From the NCBI GenBank assembly GCA_964602635.1, contig CAZRRU010000131.1:37320-101319 (forward strand): a DNA stretch of 64,000 nt, in the 5' to 3' direction. The notes beneath the pieces are model-generated. The model searched no databases, had not been told where the DNA came from, and worked only from the letters and a program-made list of their open reading frames with translations. Both the position numbers and the translations under genes were made by a program. The stretch is from an uncultured Gemmatimonadota bacterium. GTDB lineage: Bacteria > Gemmatimonadota > Gemmatimonadetes > Palauibacterales > Palauibacteraceae. Below are positions 10,106 through 19,227 of this stretch, piece after piece; within the stretch, counting starts at the first letter, position 1, and the number at the start of each line of letters is the position of its first letter.

Positions 10106-11515
10106 ATGAAGCTCGGTCTGGTCAGCCTGGGCTGTGACAAGAACACGGTCGACTCCGAGCGCATGTTGTCTGCCCTGGCGGACCGGGGCGCCATCCACAC
10201 CCCCGACCTGTCCCAGGCCGAAGTGATCCTCGTGAATACATGCGGTTTCATCGACGCGGCGAAGGAAGAGTCGATCGAAACGCTGCTCCACATGGGCCGC
10301 CTGAAGGACGAGGGACTGTGCCGGGCAGTGGTTGCGGTCGGATGCCTGGTCGAGCAGTACCGTGAGGAGCTGAAACCGGCACTGCCCGAGGTCGACCTCT
10401 TCGTGGGCCTGCGGGACATGGACCGGCTGGTGCCGGAGCTGGAGCGCCTGGGCCTGCTGGCCCCCGATCGTGCCCGGCACCCCGGTGAACGGATTCCGCT
10501 CACCGACCGCCGGCACGTTCGCTACCTCAAGATCAGCGAGGGCTGCGATCACGGATGTGCGTTCTGCGCGATCCCGCTGTGGAGGGGTAAGCACCGGTCG
10601 TTCGAGGCTGATCGACTCGTCGCCGAAGCGCAGCGGCTAGAGGCGCAGGGAGCCGTCGAGATGAACCTCGTGGCACAGGATCTGGCCCACTTCGGGCGCG
10701 ACCTGAGTGACGGGACGGATATCGCGTCCCTCCTGCGTCGTCTGCTCGACGAGACCGGTATCCAGTGGTTTCGTCTGCTCTACATTTACTCGGCGGGCCT
10801 GCGGGAGCCGCTAGTCGAGCTGATGGCCGCGGAGCGCAGAATCGTTCCTTACCTGGACATGCCGATCCAGCATGCCAGCGATGCCGTCCTCCAGCGCATG
10901 CGGAGACCCGAGCGGCAGAGCCGGCTTCGCGAGAAGATCGCGTGGCTGCGCCGCTCGATTCCCGACCTGACGCTTCGGACCACCGTCATGGTCGGCTTTC
11001 CGGGCGAGACGGAGGACGACTTCCGCGATCTTCTCGGATTCATGGAGGACGTGGAGTTCGATCGCCTGGGCGCCTTCGCGTTCTCGCCGCAGGATGGGAC
11101 CCGGGCCATGGCGATGAAAGTCGATTTCCTGCCGGAAGAGGTCGGTCGGGAGCGACTGGAGGAACTGCTGGAGCTGCAGCGTGGCATCAGCGCCGACGGT
11201 TTGGCCGCCATGGTGGGGCGACGGGTCGAGGCGATGGTGGACGAGGGTGGAGAGACTCCCGTGGCGCGTACCTGGGGGCAGGCCGACGACGTGGACGGGG
11301 TGACATTGATCGAGGGGGAACTCGACCTGACTCCCGGAACGATCATCGAGGCCAAGATCGTGGACGCCGACGACTACGACCTCAAGGCTGAAGTCGCGAG
11401 GATCGTTCGGTCGGCTTCCGGCGTGGATCGGAGCCCCGTCCCCGCCGGTGCGGTCGGCGGGGCCCGTTCGCTTCCCGTGCTTCCGCTGGGGCTCGAGGCC
11501 GTTTGGGGCCGATGA
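10106..11515 (+). CDS. rimO: Ribosomal protein S12 methylthiotransferase RimO (radical SAM)
   Basis: MKLGLVSLGCDKNTVDSERM, NTCGFI, radical-SAM CDHGCAFCAIP, C-terminal TRAM-like region. Confidence 0.92.
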   Translation: MKLGLVSLGCDKNTVDSERMLSALADRGAIHTPDLSQAEVILVNTCGFIDAAKEESIETLLHMGRLKDEGLCRAVVAVGCLVEQYREELKPALPEVDLFVGLRDMDRLVPELERLGLLAPDRARHPGERIPLTDRRHVRYLKISEGCDHGCAFCAIPLWRGKHRSFEADRLVAEAQRLEAQGAVEMNLVAQDLAHFGRDLSDGTDIASLLRRLLDETGIQWFRLLYIYSAGLREPLVELMAAERRIVPYLDMPIQHASDAVLQRMRRPERQSRLREKIAWLRRSIPDLTLRTTVMVGFPGETEDDFRDLLGFMEDVEFDRLGAFAFSPQDGTRAMAMKVDFLPEEVGRERLEELLELQRGISADGLAAMVGRRVEAMVDEGGETPVARTWGQADDVDGVTLIEGELDLTPGTIIEAKIVDADDYDLKAEVARIVRSASGVDRSPVPAGAVGGARSLPVLPLGLEAVWGR

Positions 11516-12834
11516 CCTCGGCGCGTCGGTCGTCCGGGGCAGGTCGATCCGCCCGCGCCTCGCTTGGCCTCCTCATCGGCCTCCCCCTCGTCTCCTGGCA
11601 TGTCGCGGTCGATCCCACCGGCGCGCCTCCCGTCCCTGACGGCGTCGCCACGCGAAAGCAAGCGGCCGCGAGCCGGCCCGGGGGTCCTCTCGTTCGCATC
11701 GGGGTCGCCGTGGCTCGCGAGAATGTGACCCTGTCCTCACCCGGCGGACTGCGTCTAGAAGACGCTCTGACCGGCCAGCCGGCGGGTGCGCTGGAACCCG
11801 CTGGTCGCCTGGTCGCGAGCGCGGACGGTGCGGTTCTTCGTCTCACAGGTGACCTTTCGGGCGCCGTCTCCGGCGTCCCTTCCGTGCGCGTGTACCCGGC
11901 CCGTGCGGACCAGGCAGTGTACCTGGACGGGCGGCCGTATCGTGGATCAGCGGAAGTGAGGTTGGCCGGCGACGGTCGAGTGAGTGCGATCAACGAGCTG
12001 CCGTTGGAGGACTATCTCCTCGGAGTGGTGCCGCTCGAGATCGGCCCGCGCGAGATCCGAGAGCTGGCGGCCGTGGAAGCGCAGTCGGTGGCGGCTCGCA
12101 CGTACGCGGTAGCGCATCTCGGCGGACACTCCGAGGCAGGCTTCGACCTCTTCGGGAGCGTGGAGGACCAGGTGTACGGCGGCCTGGCTGCCGAGCGCCA
12201 CGAGTCCACCCTGGCAGTGCGGCGGACAGCGGGGAAGATACTGGTCTTCGAGGGCCGTCCCATCCGGGCGTACTATCACTCCACCTGTGGCGGCCACACC
12301 GCGGCCATAGAGGAGGTTCTGGATCGTGACCCGGCGCCATATCTGCAATCGGTACCGGATCAGCGACCGGACGGATCCGACTACTGCTCGGCATCTCCGC
12401 GGTATCAGTGGAGCGTAGTGTGGTCACGCGGCGAGTTCGACCAGGTGTCGAGGGCGGGGCTCGCGGCCCACTTCGGGACTCCCGCGAGCGACTTCGGCGC
12501 GGTCGAGAGTCTCGACATCGTGGGTCGGACCGCGAGCAGCCGGGTCAGGGACGTGGCGTTTCGGGGAGCCGGACTGGAATTCGTGCTGAGTCGACTCGAC
12601 ATTCGACGCGTGCTCGCACACGACGGCCGCATTCTGAACTCCACCGACTTCTCGGTCGTGGACCGTCCGGACGGTCTGGTGGAGGTACGCGGCCGCGGCT
12701 ATGGTCACGGAGCCGGAATGTGCCAGTGGGGAGCCATCGGCCGAGCGCGTGCCGGCCAGGGTTTCGAGCAGATCCTGGCCACGTACTACCCGGGGGCAGT
12801 CCTCGTAAACGTATACGAAGGAGACGACGTATGA
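11512..12834 (+). CDS. SpoIID/LytB domain protein (amidase-enhancer-like)
   Basis: LEDYLLGVVPLEIG, AQSVAARTYA, YHSTCGGHTA, GHGAGMCQWGA. I prefer the ATG at 11512 (ATGA overlap with the rimO stop) over the TTG at 11503 used by the ORF track. Confidence 0.85.
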   Translation: MTSARRSSGAGRSARASLGLLIGLPLVSWHVAVDPTGAPPVPDGVATRKQAAASRPGGPLVRIGVAVARENVTLSSPGGLRLEDALTGQPAGALEPAGRLVASADGAVLRLTGDLSGAVSGVPSVRVYPARADQAVYLDGRPYRGSAEVRLAGDGRVSAINELPLEDYLLGVVPLEIGPREIRELAAVEAQSVAARTYAVAHLGGHSEAGFDLFGSVEDQVYGGLAAERHESTLAVRRTAGKILVFEGRPIRAYYHSTCGGHTAAIEEVLDRDPAPYLQSVPDQRPDGSDYCSASPRYQWSVVWSRGEFDQVSRAGLAAHFGTPASDFGAVESLDIVGRTASSRVRDVAFRGAGLEFVLSRLDIRRVLAHDGRILNSTDFSVVDRPDGLVEVRGRGYGHGAGMCQWGAIGRARAGQGFEQILATYYPGAVLVNVYEGDDV

Positions 12835-12862
12835 GCGGTACGAGATTCGAGAGGATGCCGCG

Positions 12863-13492
12863 GTGAGCAGAGTTCGCAGGTTCCTGGTCGGGTCGGCACT
12901 GGTGGTCGGAACACTGCTCGGTGCCGGCGATGCCGCCGCCCAGAACCTGGAGGAATACGACTACGAGAACCTGGGGCTTCGGGCGCTCGGCGTGGACGTG
13001 GTGTGGGCGAACGCCAAGGACGCCAAGGGAGCCATCGGCTTCGGCGTTCGGGCGGACCTCGGCTTCCTCGGTCCATACGTGCGGGTGGTGCCCCGGTTCG
13101 CCTTCTGGAAGGCGGACATCGAGGATGAATCCGTCGCGAGGTTCGAGCGGAACCTGGAGGCGTTGTGCGACCCGCCGGGTTGCAGCATCGACCTCGGAGA
13201 AATGCAGCGCGACTACTATATCGTCGGTTTCGACCTGCAGTGGACGCTGGCCGACCGAACTCTCGCCCCATACCTGGGGGCAGGCGCGGACCTGTACATC
13301 CTGAACGACTCCGGCCCGGCCATTAAGGATACGTTCCTCGACGACGTGGTGGTTACCGCCGGGCTCTCCGGTGTCGCCGGTCTTCAATTCGATACCGGCA
13401 AGCACCTCCGCCTGTACGCGGACGTGCGGGGAACGCTCGTGACCTCAGCCAGCAACGTGGCGGTGTACGCGGGTGTTGCCTACAGGTTCTGA
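12863..13492 (+). CDS. Outer-membrane beta-barrel protein (OMP_b-brl-like)
   Basis: Signal peptide MSRVRRFLVGSALVVGTLLGAGDAAAQ, alternating amphipathic beta strands, C-terminal aromatic end VAYRF. Confidence 0.65.
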   Translation: MSRVRRFLVGSALVVGTLLGAGDAAAQNLEEYDYENLGLRALGVDVVWANAKDAKGAIGFGVRADLGFLGPYVRVVPRFAFWKADIEDESVARFERNLEALCDPPGCSIDLGEMQRDYYIVGFDLQWTLADRTLAPYLGAGADLYILNDSGPAIKDTFLDDVVVTAGLSGVAGLQFDTGKHLRLYADVRGTLVTSASNVAVYAGVAYRF

Positions 13493-13526
13493 CGGCTCAC
13501 GACGGAGGGAGAAAGGAGCCCGTGCC

Positions 13527-14528
13527 GTGCCACGAACCGTGAACGTCGCCGTAGTGGGGGCAGGTGGAGCGGCCCAGGTCGTGCACCTCCCGATTCTCAA
13601 GCGGCTCCAGGACTTGAACGTCGCAGGCCTGGTCGACTCCGACCTGTCGAAGGCCAGAACCATCGCGCAGCGATTCCAGGTGGAAGCCGTGGCCCCCACC
13701 CTGGACGATCTCGCAGAGACCGCGGATTTCGATGCGGTGCTCATCTGCTCGCCCACCAGTGAGCACGAGTCAGGTGTCCTGTCCGCCCTGTCGCACGGCG
13801 CCCACGTGATGTGCGAACGTCCGTTCGTGACCCGGTCGGCTGCTGCCCGTCGCCTGATCGATGCGGCGTCAGAAGCCGGCCGGGAGCTCATGATAGCGAA
13901 CAATCTGCGCTACAGGTTCGATCTCAGGGCGATCAAGCATTTCGTGGCGAACGGGGAAGCAGGAGCCGTTCAGCATATCCGATCCAACTGGCTCAACCGA
14001 CGGTCCCGGAGGCCGAGGCGCGGCTGGCGGCGCGATCCTTCGCGCGCCGGCGGTGGGGCCCTGATGGACCTGGGCGCCCAGGCCCTCGATGTACTGTTGT
14101 GGATCCTGGACTACCCGGTGGTGGAGCGTCTATGCGCCCGGTCGCGCGGTGAAGGTGAGGTCGAGACGTCGGCCGTAGTGCACCTGGCGCTGGCTGGCGG
14201 GACGTCGGCGAGCGTGGAGGTCACGTGGGAGCTCATCGACGAAAAGGATCGCCACACCGTGGTCGTTCTGGGGACTCGCGGCTCGGCCTTTTCTTACCCG
14301 CTTCAGCTTCTCACGGAGACGGAGTCGGGCGTGATGGACGTCACCCCGCCGATCGACCGGCCACCATCCGAGCTGTACACGGATTCGTACCGCCAGGAAT
14401 GGGGCGATTTCCTGCGGCACGTGCGGGGCGAGAAGGCCCTCGCGAGCCAGGAGGACCAGGTGAGACTGCTCGAGGTCCTGGAGGCATGCTACCTGTCGGC
14501 GCGGGAGGGACGCGAGGTGGCGCTGTGA
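13527..14528 (+). CDS. Gfo/Idh/MocA family oxidoreductase
   Basis: Rossmann start VNVAVVGAGGAAQVVHLPIL, EHE motif region (CSPTSEHE). Start moved to the GTG at 13527, behind AAGGAG; the ORF-track start at 13473 overlaps the preceding OMP gene. Confidence 0.8.
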   Translation: MPRTVNVAVVGAGGAAQVVHLPILKRLQDLNVAGLVDSDLSKARTIAQRFQVEAVAPTLDDLAETADFDAVLICSPTSEHESGVLSALSHGAHVMCERPFVTRSAAARRLIDAASEAGRELMIANNLRYRFDLRAIKHFVANGEAGAVQHIRSNWLNRRSRRPRRGWRRDPSRAGGGALMDLGAQALDVLLWILDYPVVERLCARSRGEGEVETSAVVHLALAGGTSASVEVTWELIDEKDRHTVVVLGTRGSAFSYPLQLLTETESGVMDVTPPIDRPPSELYTDSYRQEWGDFLRHVRGEKALASQEDQVRLLEVLEACYLSAREGREVAL

Positions 14529-14538
14529 GTCTTCGCCG

Positions 14539-15723
14539 GTGACCGAAACGGCGGTTCCGCGAGCCGCGCTCCGCCGTCAGTCCGATGCGTTCCGCATCCC
14601 GGGCGGCGCCCACTACTTGAACTGCGCCTACATGTCCCCGCTCCTTCGGGAGGTCGAAGAAGCGGGGATCGAGGGGATTCGGCGAAAGCGCAGCCCATTC
14701 GAGATCGGTCCGCAGGACTTCTTCGAGGACAGCGACCGTCTGCGCGGGGCCTTCGCCTCGCTGGTTGGCGCCCCGGATCCCCGTAGAGTCGCCATCGTCC
14801 CCTCCGTGTCGTACGGAATCACCGCTGCCGCACGCAATCTGGCTCCGTCGCCGGGGTCTCGTATCGTGATCCTGGCCGAGCAGTTCCCGAGCAACGTCTA
14901 TCCCTGGCGGCGCCTGGCTGCGGACCGCCAGGTGGACCTGCGGACCGTCAGGGCCCCCGATACCGCGGGCTCGAGGGGCGAGGCCTGGAACGAGGCCCTG
15001 CTCGAATCGATTGACTCGGACACGTCCGTCGTGGCGGTGCCGCACTACCACTGGATGGACGGCACGCGCTTCGACCTTGAGGCGGTGGGATTGCGAGCCC
15101 GGGAAGTGGGAGCGGCTCTCGTCATCGATGGGACACAGTCCGTCGGAGCGGCCGCGTTCGATGTTCCCACCCTGCGGCCCGACGCGCTGGTGTGCGCCGG
15201 CTACAAGTGGCTCCTGGGGCCGTACAGCCTCGGACTGGCGTGGTATGGGAGCCGGTTCGACGACGGCGTGCCCCTGGAGGAGACGTGGACATCGCGACCC
15301 GGAAGCGACGACTTCCGGCGGGTGGGGGAGTACAGGGACGACTATCGCCCTGCCGCGGCACGGTACGATGTCGGCGAGCGATCGAACTTCATTCTCGTTC
15401 CCATGCAGCTCGCGGCGATTCATAGGATCCGGGAGTGGTCACCGGAGGCGATCCAGGAATACTGCCGCACGATCACGCGCGGTCCCCTCGCCGACGCAGC
15501 TGGCCTCGGCCTCACAGTCGAGGACGAGAAGTGGCGCGGAAGCCACCTTTTCGGCCTTCGCCTTCCGGATGGGGTCGATCCCTCGCTCCTGGGTCCTGCC
15601 CTGGAGGCCCGCTCCGTCTCGGTGTCGCTTCGGGGAACCGCAGTTCGCGTGGCCCCGCACGTTTACAACGGGGAGGAAGATCTGCAGGCCCTCCTGGAAG
15701 CCGTTCGCGCGACGCTGGGATAG
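14539..15723 (+). CDS. Aminotransferase class V-fold PLP-dependent enzyme (cysteine-desulfurase/epimerase-like)
   Basis: YLNCAYMSP, DGTQSVGA, CAGYKWLLGPYSLG (PLP-lysine region), length about 390 aa. Confidence 0.75.
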   Translation: MTETAVPRAALRRQSDAFRIPGGAHYLNCAYMSPLLREVEEAGIEGIRRKRSPFEIGPQDFFEDSDRLRGAFASLVGAPDPRRVAIVPSVSYGITAAARNLAPSPGSRIVILAEQFPSNVYPWRRLAADRQVDLRTVRAPDTAGSRGEAWNEALLESIDSDTSVVAVPHYHWMDGTRFDLEAVGLRAREVGAALVIDGTQSVGAAAFDVPTLRPDALVCAGYKWLLGPYSLGLAWYGSRFDDGVPLEETWTSRPGSDDFRRVGEYRDDYRPAAARYDVGERSNFILVPMQLAAIHRIREWSPEAIQEYCRTITRGPLADAAGLGLTVEDEKWRGSHLFGLRLPDGVDPSLLGPALEARSVSVSLRGTAVRVAPHVYNGEEDLQALLEAVRATLG

Positions 15724-15770
15724 GATTCGGTCGGCCGCAGGTAGGGTTCTGACACGACACCCCGTCTTCT

Positions 15771-16991
15771 TCAGGAACGCACCCGGTAGTCATGCGAGCG
15801 CCGCCGGAAGACATACCATCCAGCAGTCACACGGGCCTTGCGATAGCCCAACAGGTGTAACACCTCGACGGTGAGCCACCGGGCGACGCGCCGGTCCACG
15901 ATGAGTGCGTCTGGGCGGCGGCGGGCCGGATGGATGCCGGGCAGCCAACGAGCGAGCGAGGAGACACGCAGCCGGCGCAATCCGGCGGACAGGCGAAGCC
16001 AGGCAGGATGCACTTCGCGCACGATGAAGAACCCGTCGTCGCCCTGTTCCTGGTACAGCGGCAGGAAGATGCGTCCATCTTCCTGCACGGCCACAGGTCC
16101 CTCACGGTCTTCCGCGACGACTTCTCCGGCCGACACTGCCTGGAAGTTCCTATACGCAGGGCGCATCCGGAACCGATCGTCAGCGGCAACCGGCCTGCGG
16201 AACCGGACCTCGAAGACTCCGGGCAAGCCGAGGACCGCCTCCCGCAGGGCCTCCCGCATGCCACGGGCCTCCGGGACGTCTTCCTGCGCCACGTGGCCAC
16301 CCGCGATGAGGGCCATCCATACGGCGCGCTCGTGGTGGTCCACGGACACGGGGTCGTCGTGCTGGCCCGCCTCGATGCCCAGCGTCACCGGCCCGGATCC
16401 GTTGATCACTTCCAGCAGCGCGCCGTCGATCTGTTCCTCGATTCCGAGAACGAGCGGCAGGCCGATGCGTCCCGCAAACGCCCGGTTCCGGAGCGTATCG
16501 GCCAGGGTGAGAAACGGTGGACCCTCGGCGGAGGCGGTGTGGAGGTCGATCACCCTCGTGTCGCTCCGGGCTCCCTCCAGCTCGGCACTGAGAACGGCGA
16601 TCAGCTCGGCCTGCTCCCCGTCCTCGGCGGGCGCTCCGGGCAAGGTCTCCGCCCGTTCTATGCCCCTCGGGCTCCAGCCGCGATTCAAGTCGCGCTCCAG
16701 GAACCGCCGGCCGGCCTTCAACGCCCTGATGTTTCCCGCGATCCCGACGATGTGGCCGTTGAACGGAGGCCTGCTGTCGTGCAGCGTCTCGAAGACGCGC
16801 CGAAGAGCCAGCACGCCGGCGGGTTCGTTGCCGTGCAGGCCCCCGAGGCAGATGAGGCGGGGACCGGGCGGGGTTCCGAAGCGGCCGATGACACGGCCGC
16901 TCTCGAGCCCGATTCGTCCGGAAGGCTGCAGGTCTGCCGCCCTTGATTCCTCCGGGCCGGGCGTTGCCGGTGAGCTGACGGCTCGACTCAC
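15771..16991 (-). CDS. Succinylglutamate desuccinylase/aspartoacylase (AstE/AspA, M14-like zinc deacylase) family protein
   Basis: GGLHGNEPAG (His/Glu zinc ligands), ERDLNRGW, VIDLHTAS (third ligand). Start set at the GTG at 16991, which overlaps the upstream TGA (GTGA). The rest of the 648-aa ORF-track entry is an Arg/Gly-rich read-on across the upstream gene. Confidence 0.8.
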   Translation of the reverse strand: MSRAVSSPATPGPEESRAADLQPSGRIGLESGRVIGRFGTPPGPRLICLGGLHGNEPAGVLALRRVFETLHDSRPPFNGHIVGIAGNIRALKAGRRFLERDLNRGWSPRGIERAETLPGAPAEDGEQAELIAVLSAELEGARSDTRVIDLHTASAEGPPFLTLADTLRNRAFAGRIGLPLVLGIEEQIDGALLEVINGSGPVTLGIEAGQHDDPVSVDHHERAVWMALIAGGHVAQEDVPEARGMREALREAVLGLPGVFEVRFRRPVAADDRFRMRPAYRNFQAVSAGEVVAEDREGPVAVQEDGRIFLPLYQEQGDDGFFIVREVHPAWLRLSAGLRRLRVSSLARWLPGIHPARRRPDALIVDRRVARWLTVEVLHLLGYRKARVTAGWYVFRRRSHDYRVRS

Positions 16992-18901
16992 TCCCGCAGC
17001 ATCTCCTCGAGAAGCTGCCCGGCGATACGCATGAAGTCGTGTTCGGTAACGATGCCGATGAGCCGGCCGTCCTTGACCACGGGAAGACAGGAGATGCGGT
17101 GCTCCCGCATCACGTCGATTGCGTCGAGGGTAGACGCATCGGGGCCCAGCGTGATGAGGTCGGTGATCATCACCCGGCTGACGGGGATGGGGCCCTCGCT
17201 GCGGCGACCCTCGTCGCTGGCCAGGAAACGCAGCAGGGGGCGGTGGGACACCAAACCGACCAGCCGGTGCTCGTTGTCCTCCACCGGCACGTGGTGAATG
17301 CGATGCCAGTCCATCAGGTTCGCGACCAGGTCGATGGCTTCCTCCTCGTTCACGGTGAGGAGATCCGTGGACATGTACTGCTCGACGCGCAGGTAGCTCG
17401 GCTTCCAGCTGCCCGCTTCGTCCAGTCCCGCGCGTCTCCACTCGTGCACGGGGCGGCTGTGCCGCTGCCGTTCGACCATGGCTGCGACCAGCGCGGCCAT
17501 GCGCTCTTCCAGCGTGCCTTTCTCTCCCATGTCGGCAAGCGAGCCCAGCTGCCACCGCGACCCCGTCCGTCTCGAGTCTACCCGGGCTTCCACCGTGTCG
17601 AGGTATCGCTCTATGTCGGCGGCGTCGATGCCACGTACCTGCAGGCCTTTCCGGGCCAACGGCAGCAGCGTATCGCAGATCAGTTCCTGCGCCGTCACCG
17701 GCTCGCCGTCGAACCACGTGAGATGCGCCTCGAGGCCGTGGCGGGCGGCGGACAGGAAGTTCGTGAACACCGAGTCGAACGCGATCTCCTGCCGGACGTC
17801 GTCCACTTCCTCGGCGAGACCGCTCAACAGGCCAAACCAGAACGCCGCGTTCGCGACCTCGTCCCTAACCGACGGACCGCATGGAAGCACACGGTTCTCG
17901 ATACGCAGGTGGGCGATGTCGTCGGCCACGCCGTAACAGGCCCGGTTCCACCGGTAGACGGTGCTGTTGAACAGCTGCAGTGCCTTCAGACTCGGCACCC
18001 GGCCTTCGTCCATCACTTGGAACGGGTCCTCGTCGATCTCACGCCCCAGGAGCACCCGGAATCGGGACACGTCCGACTTGAAGATCTCGATGACCGACTC
18101 ATCGACCCATTCGCGTCCGAAGCTCACGCGCGCCGGCAAATCGCGGATCTCGGGAATGGGATTTCGCGTATCCACGGACTGCTGAAACACCGCGATCCGG
18201 GTCTCCGACCACAGCCGTCTTCCCAGCATGAGCGGCGAATTCACGGCAGCGGCGAGCACCGGTCCGGTCACCGCCATCGCGATGTTGTACAGGCGGGCAA
18301 ATTCCTCCGGACCCACCTGGAAGTGTACCTGGAAACTGGCGTTAGCCGCCTCCAGCATCACCGAGTCGTGCGTAACTCGGAGTTCGTCGGTACCCTTGAT
18401 GCGAAGGTCGTAGTGTCCGCCCCGGAGCCGAGTGAGAGCGTCGTTCAAGGCGTAGTAGCGATCCGCCGGTACCATGTTCTCGAGACTCAGGTCGGACTTC
18501 CGGAGCGTCGGCAGGATTCCGGTGAGGACCACCTCGGCTCCCAGATCCCGGACCGTCTTGCGGACGGTCTCCAGAAGCTCGTTGAGCCGGTTCTCCATCA
18601 GCCGGAGACAATTACCGCCGAACAGGAGCGGTTCCAGGTTGAACTCGAGATTGAACCGGCCGATCTCGCTGGTGACGCGAGGATCCTCGATCCGCTCGAG
18701 CGCCTCGACGGCAACCGGGGCGGGGCGCCACATATCGTCCACCAGGAAGAGCTCCTGCTCCAGCCCGATCCGCCTCACCCCGGACTCGATCCGGTCCCCG
18801 TGCAAGAGGTGGTCGAGGGCCCGCACATCCCTCAGGAGGGCTTGTGTGAAGACCCTTAGGTCGGAGCTGTCCAGCTCGATACGGATTTCCTTATCGCCCA
18901 A
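16988..18901 (-). CDS. GCS2-type carboxylate-amine ligase (glutamate-cysteine ligase family 2) fused to a C-terminal tandem CBS pair
   Basis: RRIGLEQELFLVD, EIGRFNLEFNLEP, EAANASFQVHFQV (GCS2 signatures). The C-terminal ~130 aa form two CBS repeats (YMSTDLLTVNEEEAIDLVANLMDWHRIHHVPV; VMITDLITLGPDASTLDAIDVMREHRISCLPVV). TTG start 5 nt after GGAGG. Confidence 0.8.
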   Translation of the reverse strand: MGDKEIRIELDSSDLRVFTQALLRDVRALDHLLHGDRIESGVRRIGLEQELFLVDDMWRPAPVAVEALERIEDPRVTSEIGRFNLEFNLEPLLFGGNCLRLMENRLNELLETVRKTVRDLGAEVVLTGILPTLRKSDLSLENMVPADRYYALNDALTRLRGGHYDLRIKGTDELRVTHDSVMLEAANASFQVHFQVGPEEFARLYNIAMAVTGPVLAAAVNSPLMLGRRLWSETRIAVFQQSVDTRNPIPEIRDLPARVSFGREWVDESVIEIFKSDVSRFRVLLGREIDEDPFQVMDEGRVPSLKALQLFNSTVYRWNRACYGVADDIAHLRIENRVLPCGPSVRDEVANAAFWFGLLSGLAEEVDDVRQEIAFDSVFTNFLSAARHGLEAHLTWFDGEPVTAQELICDTLLPLARKGLQVRGIDAADIERYLDTVEARVDSRRTGSRWQLGSLADMGEKGTLEERMAALVAAMVERQRHSRPVHEWRRAGLDEAGSWKPSYLRVEQYMSTDLLTVNEEEAIDLVANLMDWHRIHHVPVEDNEHRLVGLVSHRPLLRFLASDEGRRSEGPIPVSRVMITDLITLGPDASTLDAIDVMREHRISCLPVVKDGRLIGIVTEHDFMRIAGQLLEEMLRE

Positions 18902-18999
18902 CGCAACCTCCGCTACGGTGGGACCCGGCCCTGCGGACCCGGCTGACGCGAGCGACTAAGGTCGCGTCCACCTCCCGACCTGACAAGTACGGGGGTGCG

Positions 19000-19191
19000 T
19001 CACGTATCCTCGCCAGGTCTTCCGTCCGGCACGTAGCGAACGAAGTACCAGTGCCCGTTCCCGGAGTTCTCCTCGGGGGCCGATCGCCGGGAATAGATCA
19101 GCCTGCGAGTGAGGTATGCTACCGCGCCCAACGCGATGACGACCACAGTCGCGACCGCTATGATCATGGTCAGGAGATCGACGATTTCCAT
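19000..19191 (-). CDS. Small single-pass membrane protein (63 aa), hypothetical
   Basis: One clear TM helix (LLTMIIAVATVVVIALGAVAYL) followed by a basic stretch. G/C-rich third positions throughout; GGAGG upstream. Confidence 0.45.
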   Translation of the reverse strand: MEIVDLLTMIIAVATVVVIALGAVAYLTRRLIYSRRSAPEENSGNGHWYFVRYVPDGRPGEDT

Positions 19192-19227
19192 CCAGTATCC
19201 TTTGCCTCCGCTCGTCCGGTGCCGGCG

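Noticed and set aside
16992-17717. N-terminal 240 aa of the 648-aa ORF-track entry for the AstE/AspA-like gene
   Set aside because: This part overlaps the CBS region of the upstream gene in another frame and is Arg/Gly/Pro-rich. The recognisable AstE domain begins right after the GTG at 16991, which overlaps the upstream stop.
17039-18859. 606-aa plus-strand ORF
   Set aside because: Antisense to the GCS2-CBS gene. It has no motifs and an Arg/His/Gly/Val-rich composition. Shadow ORF.
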